DNA from: Saccharolobus solfataricus P2
Lineage (GTDB): Archaea; Thermoproteota; Thermoprotei_A; Sulfolobales; Sulfolobaceae
Direction: 5' to 3' (one strand)
Assembly (NCBI RefSeq): GCF_000007005.1
Contig: NC_002754.1
DNA length: 64,000 nucleotides
The position numbers and the translations under genes were made by a program. How positions within the stretch are numbered: the stretch's first letter is position 1; every line of letters begins with the position of its first letter. This document shows positions 23,406-33,126 of the stretch, piece by piece. The notes under the pieces are model-generated. The model saw only the letters and a program-made list of their open reading frames with translations, did not search any database and had not been told where the DNA came from.

Positions 23406-24844
23406 CAGTGGTGTTTCACCAAATTATTTCATTTGAAAGATATAATATTAGTCCTTTCAAAAAGAGATTGATATAGAGAAAAACAATAAAATTATTATGA
23501 AACATAACATGTTAAGGTAATTTGCAAAAAATATAGCGTACAATTCTAATAATAAGAGGAGAATTCTGAATTTTTCTCACGTGGTGAAAACGACGTGCAT
23601 AGTCTCCTCTGAACACCGAGAAAGTTAGAGAAGCTTGACGAATGAATCGAAGGACAAAACCTTCTTACACGTGGACTTGAAGTTAAAGAGAAGATGATTC
23701 ACTAGATTCCACGCAGAATCCAGAACCGTGTAATAGAGGAACAAGAAGATCTTGTTACTCAACTTCCTAACATACCTTATCCTTGCCTTCCTAACCTTAA
23801 AACCCTCCTCAACCTGCCACCTCAACCTATAGAGTTCAGCCAGTTCATAGGGATCTCCCTCGAAGTTCGTCACGAACATAAAGTGCCTCGGCTTTCCCTT
23901 AACGTAAACCACATCGTAATAATAAAGCCCTTCAAATTTCAAGACCCTATACGCAACGTAAACCTTGTCCTTAACCTCGTATCTCTTCTCAACTAATGGA
24001 ACGTTAGATAGTTCCTTGAATCCCTTCAAGTTCGACTTTCCTCTCACAATGGTCTTCACGGGCATTTCCTTGATGACCCCTAGGTTCAAGAATCCGGCGT
24101 CAGCTACAACGTAATCTATTTCCATGTATTGGCTTACTTCCCTCACGCTCCTGAGTAGGAACTGTGATGGACTGTCGCTTCTCAAATCTGCTACCTCCAC
24201 TAGGAGGGGTAACCTTAAGGGATATACGAGGTCCAAGGATCTCATCTTTACTCCTTTTCTCTTCCAGTTGTAGAGTAGAAAGCCCTCTGCTTTTTCTTGT
24301 TCCTTTTCTCCCACGGTTAATCCGGTCTCATCTACAGCGACTACGTTGATCTCTCCCTTTACTTCTCTGTAGATTGGGTAGAACTTGAAGGTTCTCTGAC
24401 CTTTACTAATTACTTTCTCGCCTCGTCTTACTACCTTCAAGTAGTATTTTCCTCTGTTTCCGGTTAGCAAGGATGGTGCTGCTTTCACTATTTCCGGGTC
24501 TAGATCTTGAGAGATAACGTTAATATTGTTTGTTGCTAAATTTATAGCGAGGGACTTCAGCTCCGTTTTGGATACTTGTATGGTTTGCATAACGGAGTTA
24601 TGGAGTCCCTCGCTTTAACCTTTTCTTGTTCATCTCGTCCTTCCACCTACTTTCCTCTATTGATAATACTAGACAAATGGTATTACTCTTTATATATAAA
24701 CTCGTTTTCTGTTAGTTTCTTCAACAAATATGAAAATTTTTTGCTTCTTGTGTTGAAATAAGCCGATTTTTCTAACTCCGCTCTGATATTTTTCTCTTCC
24801 ATAGAAATTGTATCATTTTGAGTAAAATTGGTGAAACACCACTG
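23406..24844 (-). mobile_element. ISC1439 (1439 bp), intact
   Basis: TIR CAGTGGTGTTTCACCAA, 9-bp TSD AAGTGTTAA. Confidence 0.93.
23625..24590 (-). CDS. ISC1439 DDE transposase
   Basis: AVDETG, VVADAGF, YRLRWQVEEGFK motifs. Confidence 0.93.
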   Translation of the reverse strand: MQTIQVSKTELKSLAINLATNNINVISQDLDPEIVKAAPSLLTGNRGKYYLKVVRRGEKVISKGQRTFKFYPIYREVKGEINVVAVDETGLTVGEKEQEKAEGFLLYNWKRKGVKMRSLDLVYPLRLPLLVEVADLRSDSPSQFLLRSVREVSQYMEIDYVVADAGFLNLGVIKEMPVKTIVRGKSNLKGFKELSNVPLVEKRYEVKDKVYVAYRVLKFEGLYYYDVVYVKGKPRHFMFVTNFEGDPYELAELYRLRWQVEEGFKVRKARIRYVRKLSNKIFLFLYYTVLDSAWNLVNHLLFNFKSTCKKVLSFDSFVKLL

Positions 24845-25158
24845 AAGTGTTAACGTTTTATCAACTCCCATGATGATTGTCTTTATGGAAAACGTCTTCA
24901 TGGAGTTGGTACAAAAATATTTAAAAAAGGGGAAGACAGCTGTAGGCTATCGCGTAGACGTTAAGCACTTAATGTCAGTTGGTATTGGTAAGGAAATAAG
25001 AGTGAAAGCAACGCTAAAAGAGGTTAATGGTAGAAGGTTTAAGTTCGAGGTTGAAGCCTTTTACGAAGACAAGAAAATTGGTGAGGGATTTCATGAGAGG
25101 GTAATAATTTATGAGGTTGAATTCATGAAGAGGGTTTTATAATATTTCTCAGAACCTC

Positions 25159-25289
25159 TGCTTTGTGGACTTGTTGAATTTTTAGCAAACGTTTAAGATA
25201 TCTTACAGGCCTAAATTGTAGACCTTGAGATTAATTGAAAGGAAGATAATAGCGGTTTAGTTAGAAATATTCAACAGATCAACTAAGCA
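25159..25289. mobile_element. SM3-type MITE (131 bp)
   Basis: Imperfect TIR resembling the ISC1058 ends (TGCTTTGTGGA), 9-bp TSD CAGAACCTC. Confidence 0.85.
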
Positions 25290-25715
25290 CAGAACCTCTA
25301 AAACTTATGTGTAATTATATTTAGTATCTGACGTTTCAACGTTTACTGTTAGTAAATCCTCAGTATTATAACTGATCTTAGCTACGTCTTTTCTCTCAAG
25401 TTCTAAGTATAAGTCTTTCCTAATTCCCTTATTGAAACTGTGTTAGGGGTAATAGCTTAAGCAATGTAAGAAATCACCAATATCGTATTGTTGGGAGTGT
25501 TCTCATGCAGTCATCTTATTCGAACGGATTTCTATTATTTATTACGAGGCTTTATGTCCTAACCCATTTCTTTCGTCTCTTTATTAAGTAGCTTAATGAA
25601 GATATTAGTCCACAATCTTTACTAAAAGTATCTAACGGATCTTACAAAAATTACTCGAACTTAATCATAGTCGTAGAGATCAACATCTTCTTTTAACTCG
25701 GTAGGTTAATAGGAA

Positions 25716-26948
25716 TCATTCAAGAAGGAACCTGTATAGCGGTAGTACTTCTATATTAACTCCTTCTACTTGGATTTTCTCCTCTAGATCCCAAGTGATT
25801 ATTAGTAATTTTTTAGCCTTAGTTAGTCTATAACCTTCAATGAGCCCTCTAATTTCCCTATTTTCAATTTTATCACTAGTATAAGTTACTTGTATTAACC
25901 TAGAGTTCTTTTCGTCATAAAAGTCAACCTCATAATTATTCCTCATATAATATAATTTCTCCTCACCTTGTAATTCCCTCAAGAGTTTTATAGCTACTAG
26001 ATTCTCTATTATCCTTCCTTTATCCTTCCCTTTTATTGCTAAGTTTGAAACTATCCCAACATCAACCACATAAACTTTCTTGTTATAAGTAAGTCTTTGC
26101 TTCAATTTTTCACCGTATCTAGGTATAAAAAAGGTCAAGTATGCTTCTCTTAACCCGCTCGCCCATTTCTCTACAGTCCTCTTATTTAATCCTAATATCT
26201 TTGCGATACTCGAAAGTGAAATCTCATTAGAGTAATAAGAGATTACAGTCCTCGCAAACTCTCTGAACTTCTCTATCTCCCTAATTTTATACCTACTTAC
26301 AATATCTTTAAAGAGGATGTCATTGTAAATTACATTCACTTGTTCTTTCCCCAACATTAATGCTTCTGGAAAACCTCCAACTTCTGTGTATTTTTCCAAT
26401 TCATTTTTTAACGTCGAAATAACCCTAGTTGAAAAGTATTCTACTTTCACCTCTTTATACTTTAAATATTCCTGAAAAGAAAAAGGGAAAAGGATATAAT
26501 CGCTATGCCTACCAGTTAAATACGTAGCTAATTCTCCAGAAAGCATTTTAGAATTACTCCCAGTAATTATAAGCTTTTTAACATCCCTTAACCTTGAGAC
26601 AAAAAGCTCCCATCCTTTTACGTTATGAATCTCGTCTAAAACTATATAATCTACATCAACACCATAAAGTTCGTAAATTGCTTGTAAAACCTTATTAAGA
26701 TCGCCGATGTTAAGGTTATAAAATCTCTCATCGTCAAAGTTTACATAAGCGAATTTCTTTCTCTTGAGAAGAAGTAGGGAAAGTGTCGATTTCCCGGATC
26801 TTCTTACACCTAAGATTGCTAAAGCGTTTGGCACTTCTAAATACTTTAATAAGTTCGGTACGTCTCTTTCAACTAACTTCCTACTCATTTTCTCTTCTAA
26901 GACATCCCTCTGGTCACTAAGAACTCTCTTTATTTCTTCAATATACAT
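25716..26948 (-). CDS. AAA_14/DUF4143-type ATPase
   Basis: GVRRSGKST, LDEIH, ITGSNS, GGFPE, YVVDVG, ENLVA, EVDF motifs. Confidence 0.9.
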   Translation of the reverse strand: MYIEEIKRVLSDQRDVLEEKMSRKLVERDVPNLLKYLEVPNALAILGVRRSGKSTLSLLLLKRKKFAYVNFDDERFYNLNIGDLNKVLQAIYELYGVDVDYIVLDEIHNVKGWELFVSRLRDVKKLIITGSNSKMLSGELATYLTGRHSDYILFPFSFQEYLKYKEVKVEYFSTRVISTLKNELEKYTEVGGFPEALMLGKEQVNVIYNDILFKDIVSRYKIREIEKFREFARTVISYYSNEISLSSIAKILGLNKRTVEKWASGLREAYLTFFIPRYGEKLKQRLTYNKKVYVVDVGIVSNLAIKGKDKGRIIENLVAIKLLRELQGEEKLYYMRNNYEVDFYDEKNSRLIQVTYTSDKIENREIRGLIEGYRLTKAKKLLIITWDLEEKIQVEGVNIEVLPLYRFLLE

Positions 26949-27002
26949 GGTATATTATACTGCACCAAGTTATTTAAAAGTTGGTATATTATACTGCACC
27001 AA
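26948..27002. promoter_or_regulatory. Pair of 21-bp operator-like direct repeats flanking a TATA box
   Basis: TGGTATATTATACTGCACCAA at 26948 and 26982, with TTATTTAAAAG between them. Confidence 0.65.
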
Positions 27003-27099
27003 ATTACCTCTTCCTACCAGTAGGAAGATTATGATAATAATTCCCATAGCCATGCCTATAATTGATCCTACAACCACGTAGTTAATACTTTCCACTAAT

Positions 27100-27449
27100 G
27101 TTTCTTGAATAAGTTGATTAACAATTACAAATATCCAGAGCCAATTCAAAAGTATGGTAATATGGAAAGTATCCATATTATGTTATAATGGCAATTTTTT
27201 AATATTATCATCAAAGTTATTATCAGATTCTATCTTGTTCTTATCAATTTTATCAAAAATTTTAGATGCTATATAGTAAGTTCCTAAGGAATGTTCAAAT
27301 CTTGTATGCCTTATGGATGGAAATACCATGTATGCCATTCCATTCTGAATTATATGCCTTAACCTCTGAAAATAAGGATTGTCACCTCACTTAGACTCAA
27401 TTTTTATATTCCCATGTATAGGATCATTAATATACTTATACTTCTCCAT
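27100..27449 (-). pseudogene. HD-domain (COG1078, dNTP triphosphohydrolase-like) relic
   Basis: MEKYKYINDPIHGNI...[29 protein letters not shown] with stops and frameshifts; 3' limit approximate. Confidence 0.75.
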
Positions 27450-27488
27450 ATTCTTACCTTATAGATATATTAATTTTTAAATTAGGTA

Positions 27489-27921
27489 GGGGAGTGTTCT
27501 CATGCAGTCATCTTATTCGAGAAGTATTAGTAAAATTATATCATGCTAGAAACTTTTCACAATTAGTCGTTTCGATCGAGATGCAGCCAATGAATTAGAA
27601 CATGAAAACAGCCTCTGAAAAAGGTTTATTTGCGAGGGTTATGAGATCTTTTGCAGTAGTATTAGAATGGATCTCTAAAACCCTTGCACATAAGTTTTTC
27701 TAAAATATACTTGCTTATAGTCTGAAGGGCAACAACATTTCTAAAACTACACAAGACCTTTCCGTATGATAGGAATAGAGTCTTGCCCTTTAAAGTCTCA
27801 GAAAGTATAATGTCTTTGTTCAGATTTCTATATCTTAAACGTTAAACGAGCGTTTTTCCATACTACTCCAATATTTTTACAAACATTTTTTGAATCTCAT
27901 GACTGTTTGAGAACACTCCCC
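27489..27921. mobile_element. Degenerate TIR-bounded element (~430 bp)
   Basis: GGGGAGTGTTCTCA...GAC / GACTGTTTGAGAACACTCCCC inverted ends; solo end at ~25494; no TSD seen. Confidence 0.5.
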
Positions 27922-28172
27922 CAATACTTTATATCATAAACCTCGAGGGAAGGAAGGATAACAACAAGAAGCTTAACTAAAAAGAGATTATAACTTAATG
28001 AATAGATGCCATAATTTTTTATGGTAACGGAACATAAATTTCTTCATAGAATTATACTAAGCTAGACAATATTACGATTGACAGAAGATACTTAAATCCC
28101 CTCTTTACACCAAGTTACGCTGTTTATTCTTCACTTCTTCAAAAAAAGTTTCGTAGAAGAGGAAAAGCATAA

Positions 28173-29039
28173 CTACTTGATCACATGAGAAGCTATAACT
28201 TCTACCCCTTCCTCTTCAAGTTTCTTCTTCACTTTCTCATCCACAAAGTTCGCCACAACAAATATCTTTATCTTCTTATTCTTATACTTTGCAGAGAATA
28301 GCTTTTTTCTAACAATGATTTGATCATATGTCCCCTTATCCGCAAAATTCTTTATCTCAAACACATAAACATACTCATTCGTTTCATAAAAGTCTACCTC
28401 AAACACTTTACCCTTCTCTATTACTCCCTCATCATCAACTATCTTACCGTGAGCCACCTTCTTAGGGTCAACACTATGAAGTTCTAAAGATTTTCTATAA
28501 AGCTTTAGCATGGCCTTCTCCATGCCCTTTCCTGCCCTATTAGTAAAACTACCCAACTCTATCGAAAGTTTCTTAACTTCCCGACCCAATCTAAGCACAG
28601 CCTTTTGTAATGCTTCAATGGCTTCTCCCTGCTTTTTGACCGCCTCTTGTAAGGACTGAATAGCCTCGGTATGCTTATTCACAGTCTCTTGTAAGGATTG
28701 AGTAACTTGCTGTAGTGCTTGAATAGCCTTCCCTTGTTCTTTGACCGCCTCTTGTAAGGACTGAATAGCCTCGGTATGCTTATTCACAGTCTCTTGTAAG
28801 GATTGAGTAACTTGCTGTAGTGCTTGAATAGCCTTCCCTTGTTCTTTGACCGCCTCTTGTAAGGACTGAATAGCCTCGGTATGCTTATTCACAGTCTCTT
28901 GTAAAGCCCTTATAGCTTCACTGTTTTCTTCTAATTTCTTTATCACAATTTCGTCTTTAAGCCTGCCGTAAATTTTTTCAGCTAATACTGAAAGCAACTG
29001 AGGATTATTAAGTAACTCGTCAATAATTTTCTCACTCAT
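28173..29039 (-). CDS. Coiled-coil protein with a C-terminal PD-(D/E)XK nuclease domain
   Basis: 35-aa heptad repeats, then FEVDFY...VFEIKN. Confidence 0.8.
   Translation of the reverse strand: MSEKIIDELLNNPQLLSVLAEKIYGRLKDEIVIKKLEENSEAIRALQETVNKHTEAIQSLQEAVKEQGKAIQALQQVTQSLQETVNKHTEAIQSLQEAVKEQGKAIQALQQVTQSLQETVNKHTEAIQSLQEAVKKQGEAIEALQKAVLRLGREVKKLSIELGSFTNRAGKGMEKAMLKLYRKSLELHSVDPKKVAHGKIVDDEGVIEKGKVFEVDFYETNEYVYVFEIKNFADKGTYDQIIVRKKLFSAKYKNKKIKIFVVANFVDEKVKKKLEEEGVEVIASHVIK
28636..28904. repeat. Intragenic 105-bp tandem repeat, ~2.6 copies
   Basis: TTGACCGCCTCTTGTAAGG recurs at 28636, 28741, 28846. Confidence 0.92.
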
Positions 29040-29164
29040 ATTTGATTACTTTAAAAATGAGGATTATAAACCATTCGGAGCAATCAGAGGATTATTCTCT
29101 GTCAAGCTTTTAGACGACAAGATATTCCCTTTAGGTCTCATATTAGCTTAGAGAGGCAGTAGAC

Positions 29165-29420
29165 TTGCATTTAGACTGGGTTGAGGTTGATACTGTTGAT
29201 TCATTTCAAGGTGGGGAAAAAAATTTAGTAATGTTTTAGTGTTACTGCTACTAATCCTTAAATTCACTACAAATAAGCGTGTAGATTAAGCGTAGCTTTC
29301 ACACGACCAAAGTACAAACTAATTGTTCTGGGAAATGAGGAGTATATACTAAATTTAAAGGACGATAATTTAATCAAAACGTTTGTTAAGTATGCTTATA
29401 GTGAAAACAACGTATGGAGT
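29165..29420 (+). pseudogene. Second SF1 helicase C-terminal relic
   Basis: VEVDTVDSFQG..., VAFTRPKYKLIVLGNEE; paralogous to 10127-10430. Confidence 0.7.
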
Positions 29421-29535
29421 TTTGATAAGGATTTTATACGTAATGCTTTGTTGAATACTTCAATTTTCTAAGAGGTTAAGCTCATCAATTTTTCTTAAAT
29501 TCGAAATCAAGCGTTGATTTAAAAGTAAACTCCAC

Positions 29536-29614
29536 TAGTATTTTGGAAAAGTTCTTAGACTATAATCTAGTGGTATATCCTTTGCCTAAAGCTATAAACT
29601 TTCTGAAAGCACTA
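29536..29614. mobile_element. SM1-type MITE (79 bp)
   Basis: TSD AC; the uninterrupted flank is seen in reverse complement near 57370-57500. Confidence 0.9.
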
Positions 29615-29703
29615 ACGTTATCTCAGATAAAAATTGAAGAGATCCACAAAGCATATACGTAAATAACGTTTAAAGTATCAACCCTTTCTTGTCTTGATTT
29701 AAC

Positions 29704-30129
29704 TTATTTAATTTCGTTATACAGTTTGAGTGATAACTCATATACGTACTTTGCTGATTCTAATGCTTTTCTGCAATAACTTTCAGTATAAAGCTCTGTA
29801 GGAGGTATTCCTTCAACTTCGTCACCGTACATTGATGGTTCTCTCTCAGCCCTTAACCATCGTGAGATATAAGCTATATTTTCAGCTTCCTTTTTTAACC
29901 ATGATGGTAATCTATCCATATTTTCAACTAATATCTTACCCGGATCGTGGATCTTTCCATACTCAATTCCCAATAAGCGTAAAATTGCTTTTATAGACAA
30001 TTCAACTATTTCTTGTGAAGCTCTAACACAAAAAGCGTAATCCTTATCCTCATTAAGGCTAAGTTCCGCATACTTAATCCTTATTTTAGCTTCTCTTAAA
30101 TAACCTTCAGCAATTTCCTTACTATTCAT
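29704..30129 (-). CDS. HEPN-domain toxin
   Basis: ASQEIVELSIKAIL, KIHD, RAEREPSMY; coupled to MNT gene. Confidence 0.88.
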   Translation of the reverse strand: MNSKEIAEGYLREAKIRIKYAELSLNEDKDYAFCVRASQEIVELSIKAILRLLGIEYGKIHDPGKILVENMDRLPSWLKKEAENIAYISRWLRAEREPSMYGDEVEGIPPTELYTESYCRKALESAKYVYELSLKLYNEIK

Positions 30130-30589
30130 ACTTTATAACCTCTCCAGGTTTTACCTTAGTTAGTATCACATAATATATTCTCCCTTTCTTCTTCCTCACT
30201 GCACCTAGCTCCTCAAGTCTTTTTCTAACTCTCTCAAAAGTGTTTTTCATAACATCGTTTTTATCATAAAGTATCTTAGCATCAAACACTATGTCAATGT
30301 ATAGTGGTCTAAACTTAGTAGCTTTTTCAACATCAAGGAAAATTGGCGAAACGTAGGGATTATAACCCTTTTGCCTTAACTCCTTATATACAGTGAGATC
30401 TAGGATCTTTTCTACTTCAAAGAATTTTTTGAATACTTCATATCTATCTTCAATTTTATCAAGAACTATAAGCAAATCAATGTCACTATCTTTCCTCTGA
30501 TCCCCTCTAGCATAAGATCCAAAAAGGACGATGGAGACTAAGTTGTCACCGTAAACTTTCAGAAATGCTTCAACAATCTCTTTTTCCAT
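30122..30589 (-). CDS. Minimal nucleotidyltransferase (MNT) antitoxin
   Basis: LFGSYARGDQRKDSDIDLLIV. Confidence 0.92.
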   Translation of the reverse strand: MEKEIVEAFLKVYGDNLVSIVLFGSYARGDQRKDSDIDLLIVLDKIEDRYEVFKKFFEVEKILDLTVYKELRQKGYNPYVSPIFLDVEKATKFRPLYIDIVFDAKILYDKNDVMKNTFERVRKRLEELGAVRKKKGRIYYVILTKVKPGEVIKYE

Positions 30590-30643
30590 AGTAAAAGAGT
30601 ACTGATCTACTAATTTTATTTTTATTGCCTTTGTAGTAGTTGA

Positions 30644-32252
30644 GTGCGATTCATGTGTCTTCTGCGAATTGTAATTTGTAAATAATACGTTGTAAAAATG
30701 TTAACATTTGGTAAGCATGTTTCTCTACTAATTAGTTATCTTCGTTTAGTTAATTTCGTAGCTTCTTTGAAATAAAGTGAGTTCGCAATCAGTGGTGTTT
30801 CACCAATTTTACTCAAAATGATACAATTTCTATGGAAGAGAAAAATATCAGAGCGGAGTTAGAAAAATCGGCTTATTTCAACACAAGAAGCAAAAAATTT
30901 TCATATTTGTTGAAGAAACTAACAGAAAACGAGTTTATATATAAAGAGTAATACCATTTGTCTAGTATTATCAATAGAGGAAAGTAGGTGGAAGGACGAG
31001 ATGAACAAGAAAAGGTTAAAGCGAGGGACTCCATAACTCCGTTATGCAAACCATGATATTACCCAAAACGGAGCTGAAGTCCCTCGCTATAACTTTAGCA
31101 ACAAACAATATTAACGTTATCTCTCAAGATCTAGACCCGGAAATAGTGAAAGCAGCACCATCCTTGCTAACCGGAAACAGAGGAAAATACTACTTGAAGG
31201 TAGTAAGACGAGGCGAGAAAGTAATTAGTAAAGGTCAGAGAACCTTCAAGTTCTACCCAATCTACAGAGAAGTAAAGGGAGAGATCAACGTAGTCGCTGT
31301 AGATGAGACCGGATTAACCGTGGGAGAAAAGGAACAAGAAAAAGCAGAGGGCTTTCTACTCTACAACTTGGAAGAGAAAAGGAGTAAAGATGAGATCCTT
31401 GGACCTCGTATATCCCTTAAGGTACCCCTCTAGTGGAGGTAGCAGATTTGAGAAGCGACAGTCCATCACAGTTCCTACTCAGGAGCGTGAGGGAAGTAAG
31501 CCAATACATGGAAATAGATTACGTTGTAGCTGACGCCGGATTCTTGAACCTAGGGGTCATCAAGGAAATGCCCGTGAAGACCATTGTGAGAGGAAAGTCG
31601 AACTTGAAGGGATTCAAGGAACTATCTAACGTTCCATTAGTTGAGAAGAGATACGAGGTTAAGGACAAGGTTTACGTTGCGTATAGGGTCTTGAAATTTG
31701 AAGGGCTTTATTATTACGATGTGGTTTACGTTAAGGGAAAGCCGAGGCACTTTATGTTCGTGACGAACTTCGAGGGAGATCCCTATGAACTGGCTGAACT
31801 CTATAGGTTGAGGTGGCAGGTTGAGGAGGGTTTCAAGGTTAGGAAGGCAAGGATAAGGTATGTTAGGAAGTTGAGTAATAAGATCTTCTTGTTCCTCTAT
31901 TACACGGTTCTGGATTCTGCGTGGAATCTAGTGAATCATCTTCTCTTTAACTTCAAGTCCACGTGTAAGAAGGTTTTGTCCTTCGATTCATTCGTCAAGC
32001 TTCTCTAACTTTCTCGGTGTTCAGAGGAGACTATGCACGTCGTTTTCACCACGTGAGAAAAATTCAGAATTCTCCTCTTATTATTAGAATTGTACGCTAT
32101 ATTTTTTGCAAATTACCTTAACATGTTATGTTTCATAATAATTTTATTGTTTTTCTCTATATCAATCTCTTTTTGAAAGGACTAATATTATATCTTTCAA
32201 ATGAAATAATTTGGTGAAACACCACTGGTTCGCAATGGATATCTGAATCTCC
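30644..32252. mobile_element. SM4-like MITE interrupted by ISC1439
   Basis: The two flanks rejoin to a ~160-bp unit homologous to 57870-58030. Confidence 0.65.
30790..32227 (+). mobile_element. ISC1439 copy (1438 bp) with frameshifted transposase (31044-32008)
   Basis: Same TIR, 9-bp TSD GTTCGCAAT; +1,-1,-1 indels relative to the copy at 23406. Confidence 0.92.
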
Positions 32253-32299
32253 CTCATTAACACTTCAGAAAAAAGTAAGATTCAATTACCCATTAATTA

Positions 32300-32653
32300 G
32301 ATACTCCTCTCAACGTCTCTATACATATCTATAATCTGAATTAGCTGGTCCTTAGTAATTAGTCCTTTGTAATACATATCTATCGCATCTGCTATCTTAA
32401 TTGATACACTTCTTATTCTCCGTCCTCTAGTTGCAAAATAAATTGGAACAAAGAATCCCCACCCTAAGACCATACCCCTGCTATTATGTAACCATAGATG
32501 TCGGAGATGCTTGCAATTCCAGTTACCACTAGTTTACCCTCTACGAAAGAAAAATATAGATCCACTATTAGCGTCCCTACTAACCCTGCTATTAGTATAG
32601 TAATAAGTATTAGAATAATCCTAATTAACGGGTCTTTGATGAACTCTTTTGAT
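32300..32653 (-). pseudogene. Membrane-protein gene disrupted by the IS605 element (5' part near 38097-38132)
   Basis: Joining the flanks gives in-frame MVIISKEFIKDPLIRIILILITILIAGLVG... Confidence 0.55.
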
Positions 32654-32724
32654 AAAGGAAAGGCAAGCCTCGCCTCTTCTAGGGGCGGGGTAAAGCTTTT
32701 AAACTCAGAATACTTTAAAGTGTT

Positions 32725-33126
32725 GTGGAACTAAAATCTACAAGACATACAAAGTACCTATGCAACTACCATTTCGTATGGATACCAAAACATCGTAGAA
32801 ACACATTAGTCAACGAAATCGCCGAGTACACTAAAGAGGTACTGAAGTCCATTGCAGAAGAACTCGGTTGCGAAATAATAGCCCTTGAAGTAATGCCAGA
32901 TCACATACACCTCTTCGTAAACTGCCCACCAAGATACGCACCATCATATCTAGCAAACTACTTCAAGGGGAAATCGGCAAGACTTATCTTAAAGAAATTC
33001 CCACAACTGAATAAAGGGAAATTATGGACTAGAAGCTATTTCGTGGCAACAGCCGGTAACGTATCCAGTGAAGTTATCAAGAAGTACATAGAGGAACAGT
33101 GGAGGAAAGAAGGTGAAGAGGAGTAA
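32725..33126 (+). CDS. tnpA: IS200-type Y1 (HUH) transposase
   Basis: YHFVWIPK, MPDHIHLF, LWTRSYFVAT, IKKYIEEQ. Confidence 0.95.
   Translation: MELKSTRHTKYLCNYHFVWIPKHRRNTLVNEIAEYTKEVLKSIAEELGCEIIALEVMPDHIHLFVNCPPRYAPSYLANYFKGKSARLILKKFPQLNKGKLWTRSYFVATAGNVSSEVIKKYIEEQWRKEGEEE

Larger units (their letters stand above)
23240..25142 (+). pseudogene. Hot-dog-fold (FlK-like) thioesterase split by SM1 and ISC1439
   Basis: Removing both inserts restores [18 protein letters not shown]...NVLSTPMMIVFME...VGYRVDVKH...GFHER. Confidence 0.8.

Noticed and set aside
24683-24901. Small ORFs at the ISC1439 end (also 24576-24761)
   Set aside because: They span the IS terminus and its AT-rich non-coding end
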